The notes beneath the pieces are model-generated. The model saw only the letters and a list, made by a program, of their open reading frames with translations, was not told where the DNA came from and did not search any database. This document shows, in pieces, positions 39,782 to 49,684 of a stretch of DNA of 64,000 nt. Each line of letters begins with the position of its first letter. Positions within the stretch are counted from its first letter, which is position 1. This DNA is from Alphaproteobacteria bacterium (GTDB lineage Bacteria > Pseudomonadota > Alphaproteobacteria > CBCXTS01), in NCBI GenBank assembly GCA_965178085.1, contig CBCXTS010000026.1, positions 18,109 through 82,108 on the forward strand. Direction: 5' to 3'. The position numbers and the translations under genes are program-made.

Positions 39782-40588
39782 TTATAGCCATAAACTGACC
39801 CAAAAGATATACGGCAAAGCTAACAAATGTCCATCAATTCGATCTAGTAAACCTCCATGGCCTGGAATTAGTCTTCCAGTATCTTTAACATTGGCTTTGC
39901 GTTTAAGAAAAGAGATTGCCAGATCTCCTATTTGTGAAACGATTGCAGTGGTACCTGCAACCCAAAGCGATGTCCATAACATTTCATGGAATGTGAATAT
40001 TCCTAATATTGTACCGATAAGCGCTGCAATTGTGAACCCTCCTAATGCACCCGACCATGTTTTATTAGGGCTTATTGAAGCTAGTAATTTTGGACCCTTA
40101 AAGGTGCGCCCAATAGCCCATGCACCAATATCAGAAGCAGCAACAACCACGATAACAAAGACAATATTGAAAATACTCTCAGGCAACCAATATAGATTAA
40201 GAGCACAAAAGCCAGTTGCTGCTATCCAAATTCCCATGAGGCTCATTTGTAAAGCTTTTAAAAATTTGCCTAAAGCATGATGTGCGCCAGTTGTACCAAG
40301 CAGACATAGTAGCAAAACAGCCGATATCAGAACCCAAAGACTATCAAAAGAGTCCAGCCATTTTAAATGAATGGCAAATGGCAAGCTGCCAACTGTCCCT
40401 AAAGCAAGACCTACTGCGATGGATGCTTGCTTGTTAAGTTTGATTAAATTACTTGCTTCATAAGCTGCTAAGCCTAATAATATCGCTAATACTATCAATG
40501 CAATGATGGTTGAATTAGCAATTGCAAGCAATATACACACAATAGCTATTGTGCTAATGATGCGTTGATGTGTTTGGCTTAAATGCAT
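39782..40588 (-). CDS. cdsA: Phosphatidate cytidylyltransferase
   Basis: Polytopic membrane protein with C-terminal CdsA signature region (GHGGLLDRIDG). Confidence 0.85.
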   Translation of the reverse strand: MHLSQTHQRIISTIAIVCILLAIANSTIIALIVLAILLGLAAYEASNLIKLNKQASIAVGLALGTVGSLPFAIHLKWLDSFDSLWVLISAVLLLCLLGTTGAHHALGKFLKALQMSLMGIWIAATGFCALNLYWLPESIFNIVFVIVVVAASDIGAWAIGRTFKGPKLLASISPNKTWSGALGGFTIAALIGTILGIFTFHEMLWTSLWVAGTTAIVSQIGDLAISFLKRKANVKDTGRLIPGHGGLLDRIDGHLLALPYIFWVSLWL

Positions 40589-40612
40589 TATTTTTTTAAG
40601 AGTTCAATGTTA

Positions 40613-41350
40613 TTATGTATCAATTGCGCCAAATCGGCGTTGTCGGTTTTGAAATGTTTGAATAGCATATTTGAAATCTTCACGCTCAAAATCGGGCCAG
40701 TATTTATCAATAAAAATTAGCTCCGCATAAGCTAATTCCCATAAAAGGAAGTTGCTGATGCGCATTTCTCCGCTGGTTCTGATTAACAGATCAGGGTTGG
40801 GCATATAGGCGCTTGAAAGATATTGCGAAAAAGCTTGCTCATCAAGGCTTTCAAGATTGGTTTTTTGTTCACGGACATCACGCGCTATAGCTCGTGCAGC
40901 CTCAACAATATCTTGACGACCACCGTAGTTGATTGCAAGTGTTACGTGTAAACCAGTGTTGTTTTTTGTTTGTTTTATAGATTTTTGTAATGCTGATTGA
41001 ACATTTTCTGGCAAATGCTTGATAATACCAATCACATGCAAGCAGATATTATGTTTGTTCATCATGTCACTTTGGCTTGAAAGATGCTGCACGAGCAGTG
41101 TCATGAGTAAGTTAATTTCATTTTGTGGGCGTTTCCAATTTTCGGATGAAAAGCAAAATAAAGTCAAATATTTGATTTTTTGCTCGATTGCTTCTTCTAA
41201 AGTCTTGCGTATAGCTAGGGTTCCTTGTTTGTGGCCCTTGTTACGTGCAAGTCCTTGCTTTTTTGCCCAACGCCCGTTTCCATCCATGACGATTGCAACA
41301 TGGGTAGGAATAGTGTGGTCGCTGATATTATTTTGATTGAGTTGAGACAT
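40613..41350 (-). CDS. uppS: Undecaprenyl-diphosphate synthase (cis-prenyltransferase)
   Basis: HVAIVMDGNGRWA and C-terminal RFG motif. Confidence 0.9.
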   Translation of the reverse strand: MSQLNQNNISDHTIPTHVAIVMDGNGRWAKKQGLARNKGHKQGTLAIRKTLEEAIEQKIKYLTLFCFSSENWKRPQNEINLLMTLLVQHLSSQSDMMNKHNICLHVIGIIKHLPENVQSALQKSIKQTKNNTGLHVTLAINYGGRQDIVEAARAIARDVREQKTNLESLDEQAFSQYLSSAYMPNPDLLIRTSGEMRISNFLLWELAYAELIFIDKYWPDFEREDFKYAIQTFQNRQRRFGAIDT

Positions 41351-41555
41351 ATAGCTCTATTGCATCACATTAAATATTTAAGCTTAAAGATAGGAATAAA
41401 CAACATCCACTACTTTAGAAGCGATCATGATCAACCAGTTATGATATTATAGATAAAAACATGGTGTTTATCAGCCAATAATGATTTGTAATCAGTTTTG
41501 TTTTGATAGTATCTGTTATACACTTAAAATATCTATAAGCACCGTAGATGATCTA

Positions 41556-42113
41556 TTATATTTTTAATATCTCTGCTTCTTTGTTTTGCAATGCAGTGTC
41601 AACTTCATTAATCATATGATCCGTAAGGGTCTGTATTTTTTCGCTTGCGCGGTGGAGATCATCTTGGGTGATACTGCTTTCTTTTTCTGCTTTGCGTAAA
41701 GAATCAATACCATCTCTGCGCGCCCCACGAATAGCAATGCGTGCTTGTTCGGCGACTTTGCTGGCAACTCGTGCAATCTCACGTCGTCGTTCTTCATTTA
41801 GTTCTGGTATAGGTAAACGAATAGAATTGCCTTCGGTTTGAGGGTTGAGGCCTAAAGCACTATCTCGAATAGCTTTTTCTACTGCCTTAACAAGTTCATT
41901 GTCCCATACGGTGACCATTAATAGTCTTGATTCAGGCACAGATACGCTGGCAACTTGAGCAAGCGGCATTAAGCTTTGATATGCCTCTACCATAATTGTA
42001 TCGAGCATATTGGTTGATGCGCGTCCAGTGCGTAATCCTGCAAAATCAGATGCAAGAGATTGCAAAACTTTTTTCATTCGTTTTTCAAGATCATCAATTG
42101 TTTCTACTTCCAT
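41556..42113 (-). CDS. frr: Ribosome recycling factor
   Basis: 185 aa, typical Frr sequence (RTGRAS.. LL..I.V.). Confidence 0.9.
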   Translation of the reverse strand: MEVETIDDLEKRMKKVLQSLASDFAGLRTGRASTNMLDTIMVEAYQSLMPLAQVASVSVPESRLLMVTVWDNELVKAVEKAIRDSALGLNPQTEGNSIRLPIPELNEERRREIARVASKVAEQARIAIRGARRDGIDSLRKAEKESSITQDDLHRASEKIQTLTDHMINEVDTALQNKEAEILKI

Positions 42114-42131
42114 AAGACTGCTTCCTCTAGA

Positions 42132-42875
42132 TTATGAATAGACACATTCGCTATCACGACTTATTAAAGTATAATGGCCTCGATAATGTAATACATCAAG
42201 CAACGAGGCTGCATCGCGTAGTGCAAATACCATGATGGGGATATCATTTTTTTCACACAGACCGAAAGCGGTAGAATCAAGAATCTCAAGATTATCATTT
42301 TTTGCTTTAGAAAATGATACTTTTGTATAGCGTTTTGCGTCGGAGTGCTGATTGGGATCTTTATTGTAAACGCCATCAACATTTGTAGCTTTTAAGACGG
42401 CATCACATCGTAATTCACATGCGCGTTGTGCGGCGGTTGTATCGGTTGAAAAATGCGTTTCGCCAAGACCGCCTGCAAAAATAACGATGCGTTTTTTTTC
42501 TAAATGGCGCTTTGCACGCCTACCTATATAAGGCTCACACAGCTTAGGCATTTCAAAGCCTGACATCACGCGTGTTTCGTGGCCAAGTTTTTCAAGCACA
42601 TCTTGCAAAGCAAGTGCATTAAAGACTGTTGCAAGCATGCCCATTCGATCTGCAACATCACGTGTAACCCCTTTGTCTTGAGACATAGTAGCGCCGCGCA
42701 TTAGATTGCCCCCGCCAATAACCAAGCATAAATCAATAGATGTTTTATCAATAACCGTGACGATGTTTTTGGCTAAATTGTTTAACTTGACAGGATCAAG
42801 ATTAGCGTTATCGTCACCATCTCCTTTTAAGCTTTCACCCGACAGCTTTAGTAAGACTCTTGTAAGCGGTTGCAT
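42132..42875 (-). CDS. pyrH: UMP kinase
   Basis: VLLKLSGE, GGGN motif, about 240 aa amino-acid-kinase fold. Confidence 0.9.
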   Translation of the reverse strand: MQPLTRVLLKLSGESLKGDGDDNANLDPVKLNNLAKNIVTVIDKTSIDLCLVIGGGNLMRGATMSQDKGVTRDVADRMGMLATVFNALALQDVLEKLGHETRVMSGFEMPKLCEPYIGRRAKRHLEKKRIVIFAGGLGETHFSTDTTAAQRACELRCDAVLKATNVDGVYNKDPNQHSDAKRYTKVSFSKAKNDNLEILDSTAFGLCEKNDIPIMVFALRDAASLLDVLHYRGHYTLISRDSECVYS

Positions 42876-42895
42876 TATATCCCTTAAAAGACTGT

Positions 42896-43822
42896 CTAGT
42901 TGGCGCTAGCAGCTTGTACTTCTGCTGCAAAGTCGTGCTCATCTTTTTGAACGCCTTCGCCCAGCTCGAAGCGTATAAACCCCGTTAGTTCAACTTCAGT
43001 ACCTAATTTTTTTGCGGCGTCGACTATCACTTTGCTAATCTTATTTTCGCCATCCATTACAAATATTTGTTCGTTTAGTACAACTTCTTCATAAAATTTA
43101 CGCAATCGTCCTTCAACCATTTTTTCAATAATAGCCTCAGGTTTTCCTGAAGCGCGAGCTTGATCTGCCAACACAGATTTTTCACGCTCTAGCGTTGCGT
43201 TATCAACTTCATCGACACAAAGATATTGAGGCCGTGCAGCTGCAATATGCATGGCAATGTTGCGTGCTAAATCTGCAAGAATATTTGTATCACCAGACGA
43301 TTGTAATCCAACTAATACGCCGATTCGACCGGTGGTTGGAGTTTGCTGTGCGTGAATATAATGTCCAATTGTGCCTTGGGAAACTTGCAATTTTGCTGTT
43401 CTGCGCAAATGCATATTTTCTCCAATTTGACCAATCAATTCATTGAGTGTTTCATCGATGCGCTTGTTACTATCTGGTATGATAGAGGCTTTTAATTGCT
43501 CAAGATCACCATCATTTGCCCCAGCAAGTTTTGCAACTTGATCTACAAAGTTACGAAAGATGTCATTGCGTCCAACAAAGTCGGTTTCAGCGTTGACTTC
43601 AACAATATCTGCGCGCAATCCATTAGCATAGATACCAACAAGGCCTTCAGCTGCTGTGCGTTCAGCTTTTTTTTGCGCAGTAGCCATGCCCTTTTTTCGT
43701 AGCCAATCAAGGGCTGCATCAAAATTGCCATCTGATTCTTTTAGCGCGCGTTTGCAATCCATCATGCCAACGCCAGTCTTTTCTCTTAAATCACGCACTA
43801 ATGCTACTGTAACATTTGTCAT
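42896..43822 (-). CDS. tsf: Elongation factor Ts
   Basis: N-terminal UBA-like VALVRDLREKTGVGMMDCKRAL, 308 aa. Confidence 0.9.
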   Translation of the reverse strand: MTNVTVALVRDLREKTGVGMMDCKRALKESDGNFDAALDWLRKKGMATAQKKAERTAAEGLVGIYANGLRADIVEVNAETDFVGRNDIFRNFVDQVAKLAGANDGDLEQLKASIIPDSNKRIDETLNELIGQIGENMHLRRTAKLQVSQGTIGHYIHAQQTPTTGRIGVLVGLQSSGDTNILADLARNIAMHIAAARPQYLCVDEVDNATLEREKSVLADQARASGKPEAIIEKMVEGRLRKFYEEVVLNEQIFVMDGENKISKVIVDAAKKLGTEVELTGFIRFELGEGVQKDEHDFAAEVQAASAN

Positions 43823-43899
43823 TAGAATGCTCCTAATAGTTTTTCAATATTAATCCATAATATTGTTTTATGGTTTGATATGATTATTTGATCTTTTGT

Positions 43900-44802
43900 C
43901 TATTGTTTGTCAGTTTGTTCAATATTAGCAGCAACTCCATCGGCTGTTGGTAAGGCGTCATTTTGGATAGCCTCTACAACAGGTTCTTCTTCAACAGATA
44001 CGGTTTCCTCAGCAACAATATCTTCTTTAGCAGGAGTAACTGGTTTGTTTGTTTTTGAGTTGCTTGATGTTTTAGATTTTGTTTGTTTGGAGACATCGAC
44101 ACCAGATTCAATTAATGAGCGTTCAATGCCAGCTAGAACAGCAGCAGAAAATTTGTTTGCATAAAGCTGTATAGCTCGCAATGCGTCGTCATTGCCAGGT
44201 ACTGGATAATCGATGCCTTCAGGAGTTGCATTGCTATCTATAATGCCAACTACTGGAATGCCAAGCTTATTAGCTTCTTGAATAGCAATTGACTCTTTGA
44301 CGGTATCAATAACAATTAAAAGACTTGGCAAATCTGCCATGTAGCGAATTCCGCCCAAAGTCAGGTTCAATTTGTTACGACGACGCTCTAATTCTAATAT
44401 TTCTTTTTTTGTTAAACCAGAATCTTTTGCTTCATATTGTGCATCTAATTCATTTAACTTTGTGATGGAATTGGTAATAGTATTCCAGTTGGTCATCATA
44501 CCGCCAAGCCAGCGATGATTTACGTAATATTGTCCTGCAGCAACTGCTGCATCACAAATAGGTTGTTGGGCTTGGCGCTTTGTACCAACAAACAAGATGC
44601 GTCCGCCTCGACTTGCCGTTTCATAAACGACTTCAAGTGCTTGGCGCATCAGCGGTAATGTAATGGAAAGATCAATGATGTGAACCCCGTTATGTGACCC
44701 GAAGATATAACTTTTCATCTTAGGATTCCAACGTCGGGTGATGTGGCCAAAATGAATTCCGGCGTCTAGTAGTTCACGCATATTTACGCTAGGTAATTGC
44801 AT
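43900..44802 (-). CDS. rpsB: 30S ribosomal protein S2 (with acidic C-terminal extension)
   Basis: [10 protein letters not shown].. S2 signature; rpsB-tsf-pyrH-frr synteny. Confidence 0.9.
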   Translation of the reverse strand: MQLPSVNMRELLDAGIHFGHITRRWNPKMKSYIFGSHNGVHIIDLSITLPLMRQALEVVYETASRGGRILFVGTKRQAQQPICDAAVAAGQYYVNHRWLGGMMTNWNTITNSITKLNELDAQYEAKDSGLTKKEILELERRRNKLNLTLGGIRYMADLPSLLIVIDTVKESIAIQEANKLGIPVVGIIDSNATPEGIDYPVPGNDDALRAIQLYANKFSAAVLAGIERSLIESGVDVSKQTKSKTSSNSKTNKPVTPAKEDIVAEETVSVEEEPVVEAIQNDALPTADGVAANIEQTDKQ

Positions 44803-45354
44803 GGCAATATTCCTTTCTGTTTCGGTTGATTGCTGTAAGAAATGATACTTCAGGAATAGTTCTGAACACCGAAACCAATCATAGCAAACTAAAATATCGA
44901 AATATTAGAGTTTGGCTATTGTTGTTCTTACAGGTTACAATTGTAATGTATGTTTTATATTGTACATAATCGGTATCTCTTAAATTGATACTTACATCAC
45001 TCAAATACAAAATACCTAATTAAAGCAAATATTGCATGCTAACGATCGTAGGATGTATTTGATGAAAGAGACATTTAGAAAATGCATCAACAAAACACAG
45101 GTTTTAGTTTTGTTATCTATAACCCAGCATATACCTTAGGAGCAAGCATGAAATGTGGAATGATCAAATTAATTAAAAATATTTGTAAAAATGGGTACCT
45201 TAAATGATGGAAATGGCTTAAGTTTAAATTATTTATATGGTTGTATTGATCGATAAAGCAAAGCTTTGTATATGTCCTTTTTAGGTAGAATAAAGCACTA
45301 TAATATGGTGAAGGCTTAAGATAGTTTTAATGATAGCGGTTAAGAGAATTTTGA

Positions 45355-46341
45355 TTGATGGTTGAATATCAAAAAAATAACAATCAATTGTCTACAAAAG
45401 CAACAATAGCGGTGTTGCCAGTTGCAGGGCGTGGCACTCGTATGCTTCCAGCTAGTAAAGCGATTGCAAAAGAATTGATGCCAGTTGGTAATTTGCCACT
45501 GATTGCACATGCCATTATTGAAGCTCGTGCTGCTGGAATAGAAGAGTTTATTATTATTACGAGTCCAAGAAAACCAGACTTTCAAAAAGCGTTGAAGCCT
45601 GATCACGAATATATGCAATTATTGCGTAAAGAAAATAGAGCAGATATAGCCGATTTGCTAGAAAAATTTGCAATAGATGATTCAAAACTAACATGGATTA
45701 TACAAGATGAGGCACAAGGGTTTGGCCATGCGGTTTCATTAGCACGCGATGCAGTTGCCAATCGTCCATTTATTGTGATGTCACCCGATGATTTTATTGT
45801 CTCAGATTCATCTAATGTAGGCAGTTGGCTTAAACAGATGATAGCAATGCAAGAACGCCTTGGTGGTTGCGTTGTTATGGTTGAAAAGGTTAACAGAGCA
45901 AGTATATCAAAATACGGCGTGATCAAACCTGCTCAACCCATTAAAGCTGGAGGTAAAGATAGGCAACAGGCTCAAGACTATTTGCTTGAAGAAGCAATAT
46001 TATTGGATGATATTATTGAAAAACCATCTCAAGAAGACGCTCCTTCTAATTATGGAGTGATAGCGCGTTATGTTTTAGATGCTTCTATTTTTGATGCGTT
46101 GGAGCATACAACTCAAGACAAAAATGGTGAAATTCAATTGACGGATGCATTGCGCAATTTTATACCAATGCAAAAGCTGCATGCATTTATGTTATTAAAT
46201 AAACGTTATGATTGTGGCATAATTGAAGGATGGATTAGGGCCAATATGGCTATTGCAAGTAAAAATGATCCATCGATTATAGATTCACTTGCAAACGAGT
46301 TGCAAGCCATTAAAAAAAAATTAAATAATCATTTAAAATAA
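45355..46341 (+). CDS. galU: UTP--glucose-1-phosphate uridylyltransferase
   Basis: AVLPVAGRGTRMLPASKAIAKELMPV nucleotidyltransferase motif. Confidence 0.85.
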   Translation: MMVEYQKNNNQLSTKATIAVLPVAGRGTRMLPASKAIAKELMPVGNLPLIAHAIIEARAAGIEEFIIITSPRKPDFQKALKPDHEYMQLLRKENRADIADLLEKFAIDDSKLTWIIQDEAQGFGHAVSLARDAVANRPFIVMSPDDFIVSDSSNVGSWLKQMIAMQERLGGCVVMVEKVNRASISKYGVIKPAQPIKAGGKDRQQAQDYLLEEAILLDDIIEKPSQEDAPSNYGVIARYVLDASIFDALEHTTQDKNGEIQLTDALRNFIPMQKLHAFMLLNKRYDCGIIEGWIRANMAIASKNDPSIIDSLANELQAIKKKLNNHLK

Positions 46342-46355
46342 AGCAGGATGTTTGC

Positions 46356-47666
46356 ATGAAAATAGCTGTTATAGGAACAGGATATGTAGGTTTAGTAACA
46401 GGTGCATGCCTTGCAGAACTAGGCCATCATGTTGTTTGTTTGGATAAAGATCAATCCAAAATAGACAATATTTTATTAAGGCAAGAACTTCCTATTTATG
46501 AGCCAGGTTTAAGCGAAATTGTTGTTAGAATGCTTGCTGGTGGGAGGTTATATTTTGCTACAGATATTGATGACCATATCACTGATGTGCAGGCTGTTAT
46601 TATTTCGGTTGGTACACCTCCTAATGCAGATGGAAGCGCTGATCTATCACAAGTTAAAGACGTTGTTCAACATATTGCTCCTAAGATATCACAAGACGCT
46701 ATCATTATTAATAAATCTACTGTGCCAGTAGGCACCGCAGCAAAGACAGCTCAATGGGCAAAGGAAAGTCTAGATCGATTGCACCAAGATAAATCTATTA
46801 AAGTTGTCTCAAATCCAGAGTTTTTACGAGAAGGTGCTGCCGTTGAAGATTTTCTTAATCCAGATCGCATTATTTTAGGTAGTAATGATCGCGATGCTTT
46901 GGTTGTTGCGCGCGCTATTTATAGTTCTTTTGCTGCGCGCAATGTAGCCATCATTGAGACAAGTGCACAAACAGCAGAGTTAATTAAATATGCAACCAAT
47001 GCCTATCTTGCAACGCGGGTATCTTTTATCAATGAGATAAGTGATCTATGCGAAAAAGTTGATGCTGATATTCGTGTATTAGGGCCTGCGATGGGGCTCG
47101 ATGGGCGCATTGGAGCACAGTTTTTAAGGCCAGGTCCTGGTTATGGGGGGTCGTGTTTTCCTAAAGATACGCGCGCATTGTTGCACATAGCTAATGAAGT
47201 TGGGCAATCTCTGGAAGTAGTCAAAGCAGGCATTTGCGTCAATGATAGACGTAAGCAAGCATTGTTTCATCTGTTGGAAGAAAGATGGGGTAAGATGGAT
47301 GGGCTAACCATTACGCTCTTGGGTTTGACATTTAAATCTGATACAGACGATGTTCGTGAATCTGCCAGCATTGATTTAATGGGTCAATTGCAAAATACGA
47401 ACGCCCACATCAAAGCTTTTGATCCCAAAGGAAGTGACAATTTTGCACAATTATTTCCTAAGGTCCAATATTGCAAGACGATGTTGGAGGCAATAGAGCA
47501 ATCAGACGGCGTTGTGATTGTAACCGAATGGGCTGAATTTGCAACATTACAACCACGAGATATTATCACCCGTATGCGTCAAGCGCGTATTATTGATTTT
47601 AGAAACTTGCTTGATGGCAAGATATTTGCCAATAGCGATATTGATTATCAAGGTATCGGTTATTGA
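46356..47666 (+). CDS. ugd: UDP-glucose 6-dehydrogenase
   Basis: MKIAVIGTGYVGLV NAD motif, catalytic Cys region GGSCFPKD, 436 aa. Confidence 0.9.
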   Translation: MKIAVIGTGYVGLVTGACLAELGHHVVCLDKDQSKIDNILLRQELPIYEPGLSEIVVRMLAGGRLYFATDIDDHITDVQAVIISVGTPPNADGSADLSQVKDVVQHIAPKISQDAIIINKSTVPVGTAAKTAQWAKESLDRLHQDKSIKVVSNPEFLREGAAVEDFLNPDRIILGSNDRDALVVARAIYSSFAARNVAIIETSAQTAELIKYATNAYLATRVSFINEISDLCEKVDADIRVLGPAMGLDGRIGAQFLRPGPGYGGSCFPKDTRALLHIANEVGQSLEVVKAGICVNDRRKQALFHLLEERWGKMDGLTITLLGLTFKSDTDDVRESASIDLMGQLQNTNAHIKAFDPKGSDNFAQLFPKVQYCKTMLEAIEQSDGVVIVTEWAEFATLQPRDIITRMRQARIIDFRNLLDGKIFANSDIDYQGIGY

Positions 47667-47706
47667 AAAGGATCAATCAACAACCATGATTGAGGCAAAT
47701 GGTGCT

Positions 47707-48675
47707 TTAGTTTTTTTTGATAAAATAGGTATCTGAGCGGGCATGGTATAAAATCTTTTCTACGATGGCTGGATCTAAGCCCACCTTGTCCATAGCTGGT
47801 AAAGCTGCTTGTAACTCTTGAATAGTGCATGGACCTATTAAAATAGATTTGATGGCTTTAAAAGATAAGCAAAATCGAATAGCTGCAAGCGGCCATGATA
47901 TTGCGTGATCTGGGCTTGCAAGCGCCATTGCCTTTTGCGCGCCTGTAATCCATGCTGCAGTTTGCTCTTTTGAAAAATAATGCCGGATATCATTGGCTTG
48001 AAAAATAGTTTGAGGGCTTATGGGTTTGGCTAGAAAACCAAGGGCAAAAACTGTGCGCACGACAAGGTCAATTTTATATTGTTGGCACATTTCAAAAATG
48101 CCTTGCTCATAAGCACGAATATCAAGCATATTAAAATTAACCACAGCAATATCCCAATCAACAAGGTCACACCATAATCGTAAATCTATTGGTGCTTTGG
48201 TTGATACACCAATAGCGCGCACTTGGTGTGTACGGCGCAAATCATCCATAGTTTTTGCGATATCTTTTCTATTGCGATAGGTAATTTCTCCTTCTAAATG
48301 CAATACTAATATATCAACATAGCCAAGGCGATCGATGGATTGTTCAAGACCTTCAATGATTGTTTTTTTGCTATAATTTGTAGGTTCTTTAAAGTTAGGC
48401 CAACCAGCTTTTGTCATGATTAGGGGGGTTGCATTTTTTAAGGCTATGGCATTGCCAAGTCTTATTTCACTTTGTCCATTTGCATAAGCTGGGGCGCTAT
48501 CAAATAATGAGATACCTCCTTCAAGGGCTGTATGGATAACCTTAGTTGCTTGTTGAGCAGTAATGTTTGCATAAGCTGGGGATGCGTTGTTGCTTCCGCC
48601 TAAACCCCAGCATCCAAGAGATAACGCAGATAAATCTTGTCCATAAATTGTGTCTGTAACGCGCTTTGATTGCAT
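47707..48675 (-). CDS. Aldo/keto reductase
   Basis: AKR (beta/alpha)8 family layout, 322 aa; start overlaps upstream gene stop by 1 nt. Confidence 0.75.
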   Translation of the reverse strand: MQSKRVTDTIYGQDLSALSLGCWGLGGSNNASPAYANITAQQATKVIHTALEGGISLFDSAPAYANGQSEIRLGNAIALKNATPLIMTKAGWPNFKEPTNYSKKTIIEGLEQSIDRLGYVDILVLHLEGEITYRNRKDIAKTMDDLRRTHQVRAIGVSTKAPIDLRLWCDLVDWDIAVVNFNMLDIRAYEQGIFEMCQQYKIDLVVRTVFALGFLAKPISPQTIFQANDIRHYFSKEQTAAWITGAQKAMALASPDHAISWPLAAIRFCLSFKAIKSILIGPCTIQELQAALPAMDKVGLDPAIVEKILYHARSDTYFIKKN

Positions 48676-49673
48676 CAGTAATTTTTGGATTGGGTGGAAT
48701 GATCAAGCCTTAGATATCGTTGCAAGATAATGTCTGCGATATGGGCTGTTTCATTCAAAATTGTTTTAGGTTTTTTGGCAATATCTATCTCGTCATTGAA
48801 GGCATATGCAATATGTTCGTTGATTAAATGATGATGAAATTTCTGTAATTTAGAATGTGCTTTTTTAAGCGGAGGTATTGCAATCCATACAGGTTTACCA
48901 CTTGCACAGCACTCACTGATCATATTAACAGAATCGCCTGTAATCACTAACTGATCACAATGAGCTAAAATATCAAGATAAGGATTGTCCTTGCCCTCCC
49001 ACCAAAGAAAATGATCTGCGCATTGTTGTTTGATCATTTCTAACCAGCGAGGATCTGTTCGAGGCGATGCAGTAATTAACAATGTAGCTTGTAGGTTTTT
49101 TGCAGTACGTAACAATGCTTCTATCAAATCGAATAACCATTGGCCAGTAATATTGAAATGTCTATTTTTTCCACCTATAAGCACCCCAATATAGGGCTTA
49201 GGATATTGTTGAAAAGCAAAGTTTGTTTGAGCGAGCATGTGTGTTGTTAATAGCTTAGGGGTGATGCTAGTTGGTGCTCCGATCATGCTCAAAACATTAT
49301 CGCCTAGAAGCTCATCATGGCTAGGAACTACGACATAGTCAAAGCGCTCGCATGCAACATTAGAGCGCATTAATTGAACAGATAATGGCTTGCTATTGGC
49401 TCCATTGTTGCCCAATGCAGCAACCAATGATGCTGTTTTGCGCCCACATCCAATGATCATATCGGGTTTCAAGTTGTGTTTTTTTAATAAATTGCGCGCT
49501 TTATAAGGTGCTGTTATCGGGTTGGCAGTTGCACAAATTGGTTGGATGTTAGCTGTTGTGCCTTCGAGACATTGTGCAGTGAATGCATTTGAAATGGCCC
49601 CGCTCATGGCTTCAACTTGGGCTTGGTTTCCACGCCGGCCATCGTCAATAGTCCAAATGGTAAACGAGTCCAA
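48675..49673 (-). CDS. ELM1/DUF1022-family protein (mitochondrial-fission-ELM1-like, glycosyltransferase-like fold) common in alphaproteobacteria
   Basis: About 330 aa, family resemblance by memory only. Confidence 0.5.
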   Translation of the reverse strand: MDSFTIWTIDDGRRGNQAQVEAMSGAISNAFTAQCLEGTTANIQPICATANPITAPYKARNLLKKHNLKPDMIIGCGRKTASLVAALGNNGANSKPLSVQLMRSNVACERFDYVVVPSHDELLGDNVLSMIGAPTSITPKLLTTHMLAQTNFAFQQYPKPYIGVLIGGKNRHFNITGQWLFDLIEALLRTAKNLQATLLITASPRTDPRWLEMIKQQCADHFLWWEGKDNPYLDILAHCDQLVITGDSVNMISECCASGKPVWIAIPPLKKAHSKLQKFHHHLINEHIAYAFNDEIDIAKKPKTILNETAHIADIILQRYLRLDHSTQSKNY

Positions 49674-49684
49674 GTTAATTTCCT

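Noticed and set aside
44803-45354. Long rpsB / galU divergent intergenic region as a possible novel element
   Set aside because: rpsB is known to carry a long autoregulatory 5' leader and galU needs its own promoter. No repeats or ORFs were seen; a 550-bp region is unremarkable here.
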